DNA of 64,000 nucleotides, from contig JBJBCN010000003.1 of assembly GCA_047285805.1 (NCBI GenBank), forward strand, positions 192,001 to 256,000, written 5' to 3'. A program made the translations under genes and the position numbers. This document shows, in pieces, positions 63,596 to 64,000 of this stretch; the first letter of the stretch is position 1; each line of letters opens with the position of its first letter. Below the pieces are notes generated by a model. It was not told where the DNA came from. It did not search any database and was given only the letters and a program-made list of their open reading frames with translations. The DNA is from Synechococcus sp. (lineage in GTDB: Bacteria; Cyanobacteriota; Cyanobacteriia; PCC-6307; Cyanobiaceae).

Positions 63596-64000
63596 TCAGC
63601 CACGCCTGAGAACCGCCCAGGCAAATTCGGGCAACGCCAACATCCGCCGCCAACGGCTGGGCTCTTGAATCAGGCGATAGAGCCATTCGATCTGGAGCCT
63701 GCACATCCACTGGGGGGCGCGCTGCTTAGCACCCGACCAAACATCGAAACTGCCGCCCACGCCCATCCAGAGCCCCGGCTGATTGGCATGCATCCGCTGG
63801 ATCCAGGTTTCTTGACGCGGCACCCCTAACGCCACCAGCACCAGATCCGGGCGGGCCTCAATCAGTTGCTGCTCAATCCCAGGCCATTGCTCGGGGCTTT
63901 GATAGCCGTGAACGCTGAACTGCAGCGTCAGGCCAGGAATCTCCTTCTTCAGCCGGGCTGAGACCAGCGCCATCACGTCAGGACTCGCCCCCACCAGGGC
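63596..64000 (-). CDS. WecB/TagA/CpsF family glycosyltransferase, 3' part (start outside window)
   Basis: HGY, VALGVPRQE.WI, GVGGSFD and EWLYRL..EP.RW motifs. Confidence 0.9.
   Translation of the reverse strand, partial: ALVGASPDVMALVSARLKKEIPGLTLQFSVHGYQSPEQWPGIEQQLIEARPDLVLVALGVPRQETWIQRMHANQPGLWMGVGGSFDVWSGAKQRAPQWMCRLQIEWLYRLIQEPSRWRRMLALPEFAWAVLRRG

Overview
This is a GC-rich picocyanobacterial (Synechococcus/Cyanobium-type) chromosome segment and is mostly core genome. Gene order: nth(partial)-aroC-eda-ftsH-sat-psbO-coaBC-tRNA-Ala-pyrB-mpg-ndhP-gatC-crtR-tRNA-Leu-ileS-trmB-ictB-glmM-slt-thyX-dcd-rph-ntcA-pth-tatA-psbH/psbN/psbI-leuDC-cinA-glyA-tRNA-Arg-murJ-sfsA-ispH-purH-hik-cobS-tgt-psbK. 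I found no CRISPR array, rRNA, integrase or transposase. The most notable non-core signals are: (1) a ~1.6 kb AT-richer cassette bounded by a perfect 53-bp direct repeat of the mpg 5' coding region, carrying an outer-membrane beta-barrel gene with a short two-Cys tail; (2) an AT-richer polytopic membrane (GT-C-like) gene between thyX and dcd; (3) a PagL-like small barrel apparently nested in the LptD-like DUF3769 protein; (4) a frameshifted conserved gene next to ndhP; (5) candidate NrdR boxes before a degenerate cobalamin adenosyltransferase-dcd operon; (6) a near-canonical NtcA promoter on ntcA, a structured DUF3155 leader, and no amt1 between sfsA and ispH. Five small genes missing from the ORF track were read by hand (ndhP, psbN, psbI, psbK and a PCP_red-domain gene). 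Family assignments come from motif recognition, not database searches.
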